From Patescibacteria group bacterium (GTDB lineage Bacteria > Patescibacteriota > Microgenomatia > UBA1400 > MFAQ01): a stretch of 64,000 nucleotides of DNA. The notes beneath the pieces were generated by a model. That model did no database searches. It was not told the origin of the DNA and saw only the letters and a program-made list of their open reading frames with translations. The translations under genes and the position numbers were made by a program. Shown piece by piece: positions 26,825 through 36,369 of the stretch. The DNA is taken from the NCBI GenBank assembly GCA_943355005.1, contig CALRDV010000002.1, positions 131,826 through 195,825 on the forward strand, given 5' to 3'. Positions within the stretch are counted from its first letter, which is position 1. The number at the start of each line of letters is the position of its first letter.

Positions 26825-29800
26825 GTGAAGAAATCCTTTTTGATAGTTACCGTTACTTTCCTTCTGGCTCTAGTTCTGACTAGTATATCTTTGAATGCAA
26901 AAATAAGTTTTGCCGCCAACCCGGCACCGGAAGCAACACCAACAACAGACCCTAGTACTTCAACATCAGTTGCCGAACAAGCCAACCCCGGTCCACCGAT
27001 AGGTATTCCTTGTGGCAAAACCATGTGTCTCGATAATGAAGTCTGTGTTCAATACAAAGGTGATGTTGATATGCACTGTGCTCCTGCAGTTCCAACCCCT
27101 TCTATTTCAGGACCAACAACACCTACCCCCACCCCATCAGGTGTCATCACCCCCACCACTGCTCCCATTCCCGCTGCCCCTCTTCCTGACAAATGCCCGG
27201 AAGGTACAGGAGTATTTCCTCCAAACGGAAAATGCTACAGCAACATCAAGAGTACTCCCAAAGACCCCAATATTTATGACAAAACTTGTATCTATCAGCC
27301 AGTTGTCCAATACACCGATACTCGTAGTTACAACACCCCAAACAAACAATCCTTTGTTCAATGTGGAAAAGGTGACAGCCCTTTTGGACCTGGTCCTGGT
27401 GGAAAAGACCCAAATTGCGATGTTGCACTTCTAGTAAACACCGATGTCAAACAAGCCGAGCTTGGAAGCTACGGACCCAGTCTTCCTGCTGAATATGTCT
27501 ACTCTCCGGATTTTCTGGCTCAAAATTATCTCTACAATTCTTTATTCGGTCGACCCATGGACTTCTCCAATAGCGGTGAGAATAACGGTGAAGTTCCAAA
27601 CAGGGAAGCTTATCGTACATACTGGCGCCTTATGCCGGCTAGCAACCAAGCCAATCTACGCTCATTTATATTGAATATGGCGAACGATAATCAAATTGAT
27701 AATATCTTTTTTGATTTTACGGATACCAACGGTCTACAGAAAAAAACCGACTTTAAATCCCTCTATAAAGCTTTAGAAAAACAAGTCATCTTATTTTGGA
27801 AGTTCCCTTTCATTAGAGTTGGTTGCCTTATAACCTACCCTGTATGTCCTGAATATGCACAAGCCACAAGAGAATTAAAGCCAGTATTTCAAGATTTATT
27901 CGACACTGCACTTAGACTAGATCTTCCCTTAGCTACCCCCGCAATACAAGCATACAATCTGGCCATCGCAGCTTTTGATAAAGATCTTGACGGTCCATAT
28001 AATGCTTTCGTCCCTTTAGACTTCAACAGTGTTCGAAGTTATATCCTAAAAAAACCGGACGTAAAAGAAAACGATGCATATAAATTCTTCAAATATTTTG
28101 AGCCACTACCTAGATATAAACTCTACAATGTCTCATTCGAACACTTACCTTACGTTGGTGCTATCTACCAAGGATTGCTTTCTCCCAAATTCGGCATGTT
28201 ACCCGCACTTCAACCACAGTGGGTAGTTGATAAATATACTACTCCTGATGGTCTCTCAGACTACAGAATGGGAAACAAGCCCGAAGAACTACCGGAAGTT
28301 GCTATAGCTCACCAGGGATTTATAGATCAGCTAGAAGCCGAAGCCAAAGCAATAATCACCAGTCCTCTTGGGTGGATAGCTGATAAGATTTCAGGAATTT
28401 TCTCAGATGAAAAAACTCTAAAAAAAGGATACATCACAGCAGACAAAGACAAATATACCGATGATGAGCGCATTGGCGAAATCAGAGAGGTCTATACCAA
28501 CCCCGTAGGTTGTCCCCTTCCCCTTAGTTATCATGTCTTAGCTCCCAAAACAGCCGCCAAATCTGTTGACGATCACCATCAAGTAATTATTATTCCCGGA
28601 CAGAGACTTGCTTGGTTCTACACGCCGTCTTGTAGTAATCTCGGGGAAAAATGTTCAGTTGTAGGAGGTAAAACTGTTTGTGTTCCCGCCACTTGCACAG
28701 GAAAAGGTAAATACATTGAAGGAGATCAGTGCTGTGAACCAGCCTGGAGCGTCGAAGCCACCGAAGATGCCAAAGCTTTTGATGTCCTAAACAATCCCAA
28801 ACAGGCCGACATCAGAGAGGCTGTGGCCACCAATCCGGAATACTCCTTTTATACTATGATGTTGCCGGATGGTAAACAGAGTATTCCTGAAGCTTCCATT
28901 GATGCTCCGGTAGCTCATCACATTGCAGTCAAAACCCTGCCCAATGGTAAAGGTGAAGTTCTAAATGAATATGAACCTATAAACCGCATCAGCAATGGAG
29001 CCCAAGACTCAATACATTACCTTCAAAACTGCTGGACTGTCCCAGGGAGTCTTCAAAACTCACCCAGATGCAGTCTTACAATAGCCTCAGCTTCCGCATG
29101 CGCCGAACCCCCTGTTTTTACCCCAGATCCTAGCTGTAAAATTAAAAACAACACTCTCAAACTCCCAGACTCTTTAGTAAAAGCAATCGAAGCCGCAGCG
29201 ACCGCCTTCAAAGTTCCTCCTAGTTTAATTATTGGCTTATTCTATGGTGAAGGAGCTTTTAACCCTGGTTCCAAATACTTGCAAGAAGACTTTGTCTCCC
29301 AAAATCTTGCTGCGTGCACCGTAATCCCAGGTTGCAATCCTAGTGCAAATTCGATAAATTCCATTGTCCAGTATCCATCAATCTGGCTGAAACCATATGT
29401 AGACGCAGTCAAAGTCTTTGATCCGGCTCGAAAACCAAATTTATGTAATCTTTTGGATGGCATTTTTGCTATGACCAAAGGAATCGCTCAAACACAGTAT
29501 GGCAATCCTCTCTTTACCGGAAAAACTTGTTTCAATATTCCATTAAACAATGGCTCAGCCAAATCATCAGGCACCTGTTCTTGGGACGAAAGAAATGTCG
29601 AAACCGCTATTCGTGTTTGGGAACTAGGTACTACTTATTCCGAAGGCAATAGTTGTCTTACCAAGGCCGGGAGCTGTCTTACCGGTGGCGGTTACGCAGC
29701 ACAGTGTCCCACAGGAGGAGATACATGCGAAACCAAAGATAGGAGATATTCTCAAGCCAGTCATAACGGCTGTGTTTACGACATTTACAAAGAAAACTAA
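26825..29800 (+). CDS. Large secreted Cys-rich protein (~991 aa) with Pro/Thr-rich linker. Hypothetical, co-located with the pilin array.
   Basis: A signal peptide/anchor (LIVTVTFLLALVLTSISLNA) and a PT-rich low-complexity segment (PTPSISGPTTPTPTPSGVITPTTAPIPAAP). It has numerous Cys residues spread over the length and no ATPase or enzymatic motif I can recognise with confidence. Confidence 0.5.
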   Translation: MKKSFLIVTVTFLLALVLTSISLNAKISFAANPAPEATPTTDPSTSTSVAEQANPGPPIGIPCGKTMCLDNEVCVQYKGDVDMHCAPAVPTPSISGPTTPTPTPSGVITPTTAPIPAAPLPDKCPEGTGVFPPNGKCYSNIKSTPKDPNIYDKTCIYQPVVQYTDTRSYNTPNKQSFVQCGKGDSPFGPGPGGKDPNCDVALLVNTDVKQAELGSYGPSLPAEYVYSPDFLAQNYLYNSLFGRPMDFSNSGENNGEVPNREAYRTYWRLMPASNQANLRSFILNMANDNQIDNIFFDFTDTNGLQKKTDFKSLYKALEKQVILFWKFPFIRVGCLITYPVCPEYAQATRELKPVFQDLFDTALRLDLPLATPAIQAYNLAIAAFDKDLDGPYNAFVPLDFNSVRSYILKKPDVKENDAYKFFKYFEPLPRYKLYNVSFEHLPYVGAIYQGLLSPKFGMLPALQPQWVVDKYTTPDGLSDYRMGNKPEELPEVAIAHQGFIDQLEAEAKAIITSPLGWIADKISGIFSDEKTLKKGYITADKDKYTDDERIGEIREVYTNPVGCPLPLSYHVLAPKTAAKSVDDHHQVIIIPGQRLAWFYTPSCSNLGEKCSVVGGKTVCVPATCTGKGKYIEGDQCCEPAWSVEATEDAKAFDVLNNPKQADIREAVATNPEYSFYTMMLPDGKQSIPEASIDAPVAHHIAVKTLPNGKGEVLNEYEPINRISNGAQDSIHYLQNCWTVPGSLQNSPRCSLTIASASACAEPPVFTPDPSCKIKNNTLKLPDSLVKAIEAAATAFKVPPSLIIGLFYGEGAFNPGSKYLQEDFVSQNLAACTVIPGCNPSANSINSIVQYPSIWLKPYVDAVKVFDPARKPNLCNLLDGIFAMTKGIAQTQYGNPLFTGKTCFNIPLNNGSAKSSGTCSWDERNVETAIRVWELGTTYSEGNSCLTKAGSCLTGGGYAAQCPTGGDTCETKDRRYSQASHNGCVYDIYKEN

Positions 29801-29827
29801 TCTGCCTCTTTTCCTGTATAATTTTCA

Positions 29828-31570
29828 TTGACTATGCGACGACTTCAAAAACACCTCAGCCTCATTCTTTTGTTTATTTTTGTATCAATTTCAGTAACTC
29901 TTGCACCAATTACCAGCGCCGCCTCAGGCCCCACTCTCAAAGAAAATCTTTTTGGGCAAGACAACCTTAAAGCTCCCCAAGACTACATAAAGGAATATTG
30001 TGACAAAAGATCGGGTGACCTTATGAATTTAGAAACTTGGTACTCTGGAAAATGTTCTCCAGGAATAGATTCCATGAGTGGTGATGGTGTTGGATTTGCC
30101 GACATAGTGATACTACAGGGTTTGGAATGGTTGTATGGACCACAATACAGTTCTTTTTTAGACAGTCTTATAAAATCTCTAAAATTTATTGAGTCGATAA
30201 AGTCCAAAGCAATATCTGGAGAAATAAAACCAAGTGAAATTGCGTTTGTAGATATGGGTAACATAGGGCTGGTTGGTTCCCTTGGTCGTATAACTACCGG
30301 GCTGGCCAGTGTCAGACCTGCCAGTTCCATGGATTACTTAGCTTATGTCTCCACAAACCTAAAACAACACAAAATCATACCCGATACTTACGCAGCCGGT
30401 CCAGGATATGGATACTCAGCACTAGCACCAATCCTTCCACTCTGGAGAGCTTTTAGAAACATTTCATATCTTATGTTTGCTTTCGCTTTTGTTCTTTATG
30501 GAATGATGATTATGTTTAGAGTCAGAATCGATTCCAAAACCGCAGCTACTATTCAGCTCGCTATTCCAAAATTGATAGCTACTTTAATAATGATTACATT
30601 TTCTTACGCTATTGTTGGATTGCTTGTTGACCTCTCCACTGTGGCCACAGCTATGAGCATAAATATTCTAAAAGCAGGCGGTATTTTAACCTCCTCAGGA
30701 GTAGGAGAGTTCATTCCGCTTGTTGTAAGTGGCCAATCAATATTTGGAGCAATTGGCTCCTTCATTGTTAACACGATAGTAGCAATATTGGTTTCTCCAT
30801 TTATTTTTTTCAATCTTATGGTAGGCGGTTTACTAGGCATAGTTGTAGCCGGCGCAACAGCAATCGTTACAACCTTTGTTCCTTATATAAATGGTATTGG
30901 TCTATTCGTAGGATCACTAATCTTATTCGGAGTCATCATTTCATACGTAAGACTAATAGGTAAACTTTTCCAAGCTTTTATAAGCATTATCGTAAATCTT
31001 ATTTTCGCTCCGATAATATTACTCGGGAATCTATTACCAGGATCAACATCTTTTAGTGATTGGTTAAAAAGTATTTATGGTAATCTAGCTGTCTTCCCTG
31101 TTGCCTGCTTTTTCTTAACCCTTTCTTATGCTCTTATGTGTCAACCCATCCTATCTATTATTGGAAACTTTGGTAGCAGTATTCCCGGCATAAGCCGAGG
31201 ATTTCTTGAATCACTTTTAGGTGTCAACTCACTCTCAACACTAGGAAACATTTGGACACCACCGATGACGATACCTGGTGGAGGAGCAATAGTTAGTGCA
31301 GGAGGAGGCGGATTGGGTAATTTGACAGGTAGTGCTGGAAGCCTAATGCTTGCCACCATCGGCTTTGGACTACTACTTATGTCCAGTAAATATGTCGAAA
31401 TGGTTGAGAAAGCTCTCAAAACTCCTCCATTCCCATACGGAGCTGCCATTGGTGAAGCTCTAAAATCAGGACTAAAACAATCAACTGAACTTGCAAACAG
31501 GAGACCTGGTCCGTCTGTAGCAAAGGATACAGCAAATGTCTTAAACAAAGTGGTTGAGGTAACAAAATAA
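29828..31570 (+). CDS. Polytopic membrane protein, putative VirB6/TrbL-like T4SS channel component
   Basis: 580 aa: a signal anchor, a ~200-aa extracytoplasmic domain, then at least 7 TM helices (FAFAFVLYGMMIMF, LIATLIMITFSYAIVGLLV, FIVNTIVAILVSPFIFFNLMVGGLLGIVVAG, and others). The assignment rests mainly on topology and gene context. Confidence 0.4.
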   Translation: MTMRRLQKHLSLILLFIFVSISVTLAPITSAASGPTLKENLFGQDNLKAPQDYIKEYCDKRSGDLMNLETWYSGKCSPGIDSMSGDGVGFADIVILQGLEWLYGPQYSSFLDSLIKSLKFIESIKSKAISGEIKPSEIAFVDMGNIGLVGSLGRITTGLASVRPASSMDYLAYVSTNLKQHKIIPDTYAAGPGYGYSALAPILPLWRAFRNISYLMFAFAFVLYGMMIMFRVRIDSKTAATIQLAIPKLIATLIMITFSYAIVGLLVDLSTVATAMSINILKAGGILTSSGVGEFIPLVVSGQSIFGAIGSFIVNTIVAILVSPFIFFNLMVGGLLGIVVAGATAIVTTFVPYINGIGLFVGSLILFGVIISYVRLIGKLFQAFISIIVNLIFAPIILLGNLLPGSTSFSDWLKSIYGNLAVFPVACFFLTLSYALMCQPILSIIGNFGSSIPGISRGFLESLLGVNSLSTLGNIWTPPMTIPGGGAIVSAGGGGLGNLTGSAGSLMLATIGFGLLLMSSKYVEMVEKALKTPPFPYGAAIGEALKSGLKQSTELANRRPGPSVAKDTANVLNKVVEVTK

Positions 31571-31689
31571 AATTAAGATTTTCTTCTATACATATCTTGT
31601 TTTCCTATATATCAGTCACCGTATCCTTGAATTCCCAGTCATAAAGATGATAAAAAAACATCTTTATAAACACTTTTCCAAGCCACAAG

Positions 31690-34566
31690 CTAGAAGGTTC
31701 TTCTAGAATTTAGGTAGTCTTTTAACATATCTGCTCCCGGAACTGCATCCGAAATACGGTCGACTATGCTTCGAGCCACTTTTTCACCTGGAGTAAATAC
31801 CACATCAGCTGTTTTTAAGAGAGGGTTTGTAGAATGTCGAATTAATGGACCACCTTGATATTCAGGTAATTCGATTGCCTTTAAATCCCTGGTTTCATCG
31901 TCAATTTTCTTTTGATCATTTTCACCAAAGATCATTCCTCCATCATTAGCGTGTCGCTTGAAGGTCTTTAAAGAATCTACTCTAGCCTTGCCTACCCAAG
32001 CCTTTAACTGATCATAGTATTCTGGAGCCATCAACACATCTGCTGCTTTACCGGCATATCCACCAAAGACGATCATCAGATCAGCCAGTTTCGAAGGTAA
32101 TAAAAATTTTGGCTTATCTCTAGTTTGAGTTGATAAATCCCGGACGTTCAACGGATTATATATACTTAATTCCCAAAGCACGTTTAAACTCTCGTCGAAC
32201 ACTTGTTTATCCGCATCTTTCTTTTTTATCACCCCCAAATCCACCAAAGTATTTAGACTGGTTCTAATATCCGAGAGAAGAACTTGTGCTTTTGGTATTG
32301 CCGAAATTTTATCGGTTTCCGCACCTAGTGCCCCTATTCCAACCGTGATTGCAGTTCTGACTTTATCTCCTGCTTTAAAAGTATTATAGGCATCCATTTC
32401 TGGATGGTTTTTAACCCAGACTGGGTCAGTTAGCTCAGTTGCTTGCAAGAATTCTCCACTCATAGCTCTTTCGTAGTACAGGGCACGCTCTTTAACATCT
32501 TTTCCTTGAGCATCAATCCCTACTTTCCCCGGAACGCGCAGAGCAGAGTTCGCCAAAACTTTAACTTCGTCTGAAAAAGGAACAAACCCTTCAGTTTCTA
32601 TTTTTTTCTTATAGACTTCCAACACTCTTCGAGACCCTGTATAAACTTTCAACTTTACTGCCGCAGCTCTCGATTCTGAAAATTTAAATAATCCATTTAG
32701 ATAATGCTTCCATGTATAGTTTCCTTCTTCCTTGTACGCTTGAAATAGTTGCCAAGCCAAATCTCGAGCATCTTCTCCATATATCGTACCAATCATTTCC
32801 ATAGCTCTAGCTCTATCAGCTGATAGGTATTCAGGGTGAAAGATGTTTTGATCTCGACCTACAAATTGATTTAATCGAGCGTCCCATGGACCGCCAGGAT
32901 CTTTTACATTATTTCCTAACTTTAACAGAACCGAGAAAGCAGCATCAACCTTTTTTGTTGTTGCACCCTCAGCCTCTCCCAAGGAATCTATAGATCTTAA
33001 AAAATCATAAGTTTCATTCAGTATTATCGAAGGACTTGCTGGATTTGATTCGTTCCCCTTCATGTCGCTAATAAACTTTTTCAACCCTTCTGAACTTTCA
33101 TAAGATTTATATGTTTCTTCTTGTATTTGCAACCGTCTTAAATTTACTCTAGCGGAGATTTCTGCTTCCACTTCATTCTTAATTTTCTCTCTCTTTCTTA
33201 AGTCTCCTCCCTCAAGTGAAGTAGGGAAGAGATATACTCCTCCCCCTTTCGAGGTATCTAATCCCATTTCTCTAGAAATTTCTAGAATTAAAGCTTTTTC
33301 GATATCACTCAGTGAAAGTTGAGATTCTTTATCAGTTAATCTTATAATTTCTCGAACTCGTTTACGCATTTCTCGTTTAAAACCAAGTTCGTCGTTAGGA
33401 ATTTCAACAGAACCGGTTTTAACCTCTTTGATCCCAAGAGAAGCATATGCCCTATCTAGGGTGGCCAAATCAGAGGTTAAATTGTTATTTATCCAAGCTC
33501 TTACCAAATTATTCCGTTCTTCGCCAGGATCTTTAGATAGTATCCAATCGATTCCCACACTATTAGTTGCCTCCGTAGCTCTTGGAGTGGGAGTCGGCTC
33601 AGGTGTAGGAGTGGGAATGGGTTCAGGTGCTGCAGTAGGACCATCACCCTCGAATTTCACCCCAAGACTCCTAAGATAATCAGCAGCTACATCCTTACTA
33701 ATCCATCCAATATTGCTTCCATCGCGTCTTCTTCTCGGTTCGAAAGTTTGATCTACATAACCTGCTGCTTCTCTAAGTCGCTGCCTTTCCCATACACCAT
33801 CAGGAGAATCTTCGAGCACAGTATCTCGCAAGTTGACTCCTTGAATCCTTAACTTTTCGACCAACTGTTCTCTTTCGACAGCCGTCATCTCCCCCCCAAT
33901 TTGCTTCAAGTCATCCAATATACTTTGATTATCCTCACCATTTTCAGCTCCACCAACAACCACACCCTCCAGAGGCTTACCGTCACCCTCCTCTTCCCCG
34001 AGAAGTCTGTCAAAATGTGCTCTTAATTCTACTTGATTCTTGTATCTTGATTCATATCTATGATCGGGGTCATCTTCACCTTTAACTGAAATCCATTCCG
34101 CGGAAATAGAACCATCATCTTTAAATTTCTCATATCTAGGTTCATTTTGCCAAGAAGTGTCAGTCTCTGCCGTAACAAGTTCGATTGATTTATCTAACAA
34201 ATCAGGCTCTTTGACTTCGGGGATAACCATATTCACCTTTGCTTGTTCAAAAAGTATGTCTAGCTTTTCTTTCCCTACTCCTAAACCCTCAAGTTCAGCT
34301 AAAACATGTAAACCTTCGCCTTCCAAAGAAGTCAATCCTTCTGACAATGCTACAAGTTTCTCTATGGTTTCAACTTCTAGAACCCCGAGTCCATATGACT
34401 CGGCAAGTTTTTTAAAAATCTCTTCATCCTTATTCCAACCCCACCCATCAGCAGCAAACTTAAGGTCAGCCGCAAAAGTTTCCCCATATCCGGGGTCAGA
34501 CTCATCTGGATGAAAAGAATCATCTTTCCATGATTCTGTGCGTGATGTGATAGTTTCTTTCTCCAT
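31690..34566 (-). CDS. Large hypothetical acidic protein (958 aa)
   Basis: No TM segment, an internal PTPTPEPTPTP linker, and no recognisable catalytic motif. Confidence 0.45.
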   Translation of the reverse strand: MEKETITSRTESWKDDSFHPDESDPGYGETFAADLKFAADGWGWNKDEEIFKKLAESYGLGVLEVETIEKLVALSEGLTSLEGEGLHVLAELEGLGVGKEKLDILFEQAKVNMVIPEVKEPDLLDKSIELVTAETDTSWQNEPRYEKFKDDGSISAEWISVKGEDDPDHRYESRYKNQVELRAHFDRLLGEEEGDGKPLEGVVVGGAENGEDNQSILDDLKQIGGEMTAVEREQLVEKLRIQGVNLRDTVLEDSPDGVWERQRLREAAGYVDQTFEPRRRRDGSNIGWISKDVAADYLRSLGVKFEGDGPTAAPEPIPTPTPEPTPTPRATEATNSVGIDWILSKDPGEERNNLVRAWINNNLTSDLATLDRAYASLGIKEVKTGSVEIPNDELGFKREMRKRVREIIRLTDKESQLSLSDIEKALILEISREMGLDTSKGGGVYLFPTSLEGGDLRKREKIKNEVEAEISARVNLRRLQIQEETYKSYESSEGLKKFISDMKGNESNPASPSIILNETYDFLRSIDSLGEAEGATTKKVDAAFSVLLKLGNNVKDPGGPWDARLNQFVGRDQNIFHPEYLSADRARAMEMIGTIYGEDARDLAWQLFQAYKEEGNYTWKHYLNGLFKFSESRAAAVKLKVYTGSRRVLEVYKKKIETEGFVPFSDEVKVLANSALRVPGKVGIDAQGKDVKERALYYERAMSGEFLQATELTDPVWVKNHPEMDAYNTFKAGDKVRTAITVGIGALGAETDKISAIPKAQVLLSDIRTSLNTLVDLGVIKKKDADKQVFDESLNVLWELSIYNPLNVRDLSTQTRDKPKFLLPSKLADLMIVFGGYAGKAADVLMAPEYYDQLKAWVGKARVDSLKTFKRHANDGGMIFGENDQKKIDDETRDLKAIELPEYQGGPLIRHSTNPLLKTADVVFTPGEKVARSIVDRISDAVPGADMLKDYLNSRRTF

Positions 34567-34622
34567 ATAATCGAATTACTTAACCAATTATACCAAAATT
34601 ACAGCCTCAACACTCCTCCCCA

Positions 34623-36224
34623 TTAGAGCTTAGTAACATCAATTCCGGCGTCCTGAAGACGTTTCACTACAATTTTATAGCTTTCGGTATTACAAAATGC
34701 AGGTATTATTGCCAATTTAAGGTCAAAATTCATTCCTGCATATTCCAAAAGCTCACGCCCTTCTAGTATGGGGTAGTTTTCAATCACAGGAGCTTCTGGT
34801 TCTGATTCTTCGGGACCACTCGCAATTCCAACACCGTTTAAATAAATCAAAGCTTCTGATTTACTCTTATAAAATTCATTCTTTTTCAGCTTTGGATCCC
34901 ACAAAAACTCTGCGGCGGCGGCAACGAATTCTCTATTCCTAAATCTTTCTATCTCTCCGGGAGAATCCTGAGTCAAAGACATCCTTGGGAGATTAATTCC
35001 CATTTTTCTCATTTTATCTACAACTTCCCATCTATTTTTTCTTTGCTCTGGAGTTAAGGATTCATCAAAAAAAGTAGCGTTTTTCAAATCACCAACGATT
35101 TCAGGATACCAAATAAGTTTCCTTTCTCCGGTCTCTACTTTTTCGATTCTCCCTCCGGCGACATCAACTTCTTGATCTTTCAATATTTTGCTTTCCGCCG
35201 AATCTTCCTCAACCTTTTGAGCCTTCACATTTTCTACTTCTTCGACAAACACCTCCTTTCTTCTTCTCGCCTCTCTCAAGAGATTAAGGTTTATACCTGA
35301 TTTATGTAGTGCTGAATCCATATCTTCCCATTCCTTTGGTTCATCTATTTTTATTTTCAAGAAATCATCTATTTCCTTAAGTATTTTCTTGCCTCCCTTA
35401 TAATCTCTCGACGATTTTTCGGTCACTGGAGGCAACCAACGAATACCGTTTTTTTTGCTTCTATTCTTAACGTCTATCCAAATCTCATTCGAATACTCCT
35501 TATCTGGATATATTACTCTCAAATCAGAAACCAAATGCTCCGTATAGTACTTAATCAAATCCTCCTCAGATACTACTTCTTTTTTTTCAGCTATATTCTT
35601 TTTTCTTTCAACTGCTTCCGTTAACCCCAAAATTCCCATATCTATTGGAAGAACCGTTTTAGTTTCTTTCTTCCAATTTAACAATCCTGCGTCTGGTTGG
35701 GTTTTTTCTGGTAAATCCATATCTATCTGACTGACCACTCTTGCGCGTTCAATTCTCCTTTTCACTTTACCAGGTATTTCGTCAACAACCTCATCTTGAA
35801 TCTCATCTTCCCGCCTCTCTTCTTTTTCACCACTACTTTTTTTAACAATCCCTTCAATTACATCTTTCTTCCAGTTCAAAATCGTAAAATCATCAGGAAT
35901 GTTACCATCTCCTCGTATTATTTCTCTGAGCTGCTTAATTTGATCCCTGAATTCTTCATAAGCAACGCCATTAGTAAAATTCAAAATCTCCCCTTTCTTT
36001 TTAATCGCGACAACCACTATTCCCAGCTCAGAAAAATCATACAAATCTCTCAAATTATTATAAGCATCCACTGTCGCCTGCCTCTGCACCAGATCTTTCA
36101 TATCATCCATCACTTTAAACTCCGTCAAACCTCCAATTTTGAGCAAACTACGATAAACATCAACTTTCTTCCGCACTTCATGCTCAGGCGTTATTTTCCC
36201 TTTATCATCATAATCGAATGGCAT
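34623..36224 (-). CDS. Hypothetical protein (533 aa)
   Basis: A charged, Lys/Glu-rich ORF with no recognised motif. It is convergent or divergent with the neighbouring T4SS-like genes. Confidence 0.45.
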   Translation of the reverse strand: MPFDYDDKGKITPEHEVRKKVDVYRSLLKIGGLTEFKVMDDMKDLVQRQATVDAYNNLRDLYDFSELGIVVVAIKKKGEILNFTNGVAYEEFRDQIKQLREIIRGDGNIPDDFTILNWKKDVIEGIVKKSSGEKEERREDEIQDEVVDEIPGKVKRRIERARVVSQIDMDLPEKTQPDAGLLNWKKETKTVLPIDMGILGLTEAVERKKNIAEKKEVVSEEDLIKYYTEHLVSDLRVIYPDKEYSNEIWIDVKNRSKKNGIRWLPPVTEKSSRDYKGGKKILKEIDDFLKIKIDEPKEWEDMDSALHKSGINLNLLREARRRKEVFVEEVENVKAQKVEEDSAESKILKDQEVDVAGGRIEKVETGERKLIWYPEIVGDLKNATFFDESLTPEQRKNRWEVVDKMRKMGINLPRMSLTQDSPGEIERFRNREFVAAAAEFLWDPKLKKNEFYKSKSEALIYLNGVGIASGPEESEPEAPVIENYPILEGRELLEYAGMNFDLKLAIIPAFCNTESYKIVVKRLQDAGIDVTKL

Positions 36225-36369
36225 ATTACTCTCATCTTATCATTTTCAACCCCCCTCAAACAAGTTCAAAACACCCATCCTTTTTCCGAGGGCAAACATC
36301 AAAATAGAGTATATCACTCTTTAAAGATAGACTTGATTTGCCCGTCTTTTTATCCCACAATTTACTTTC

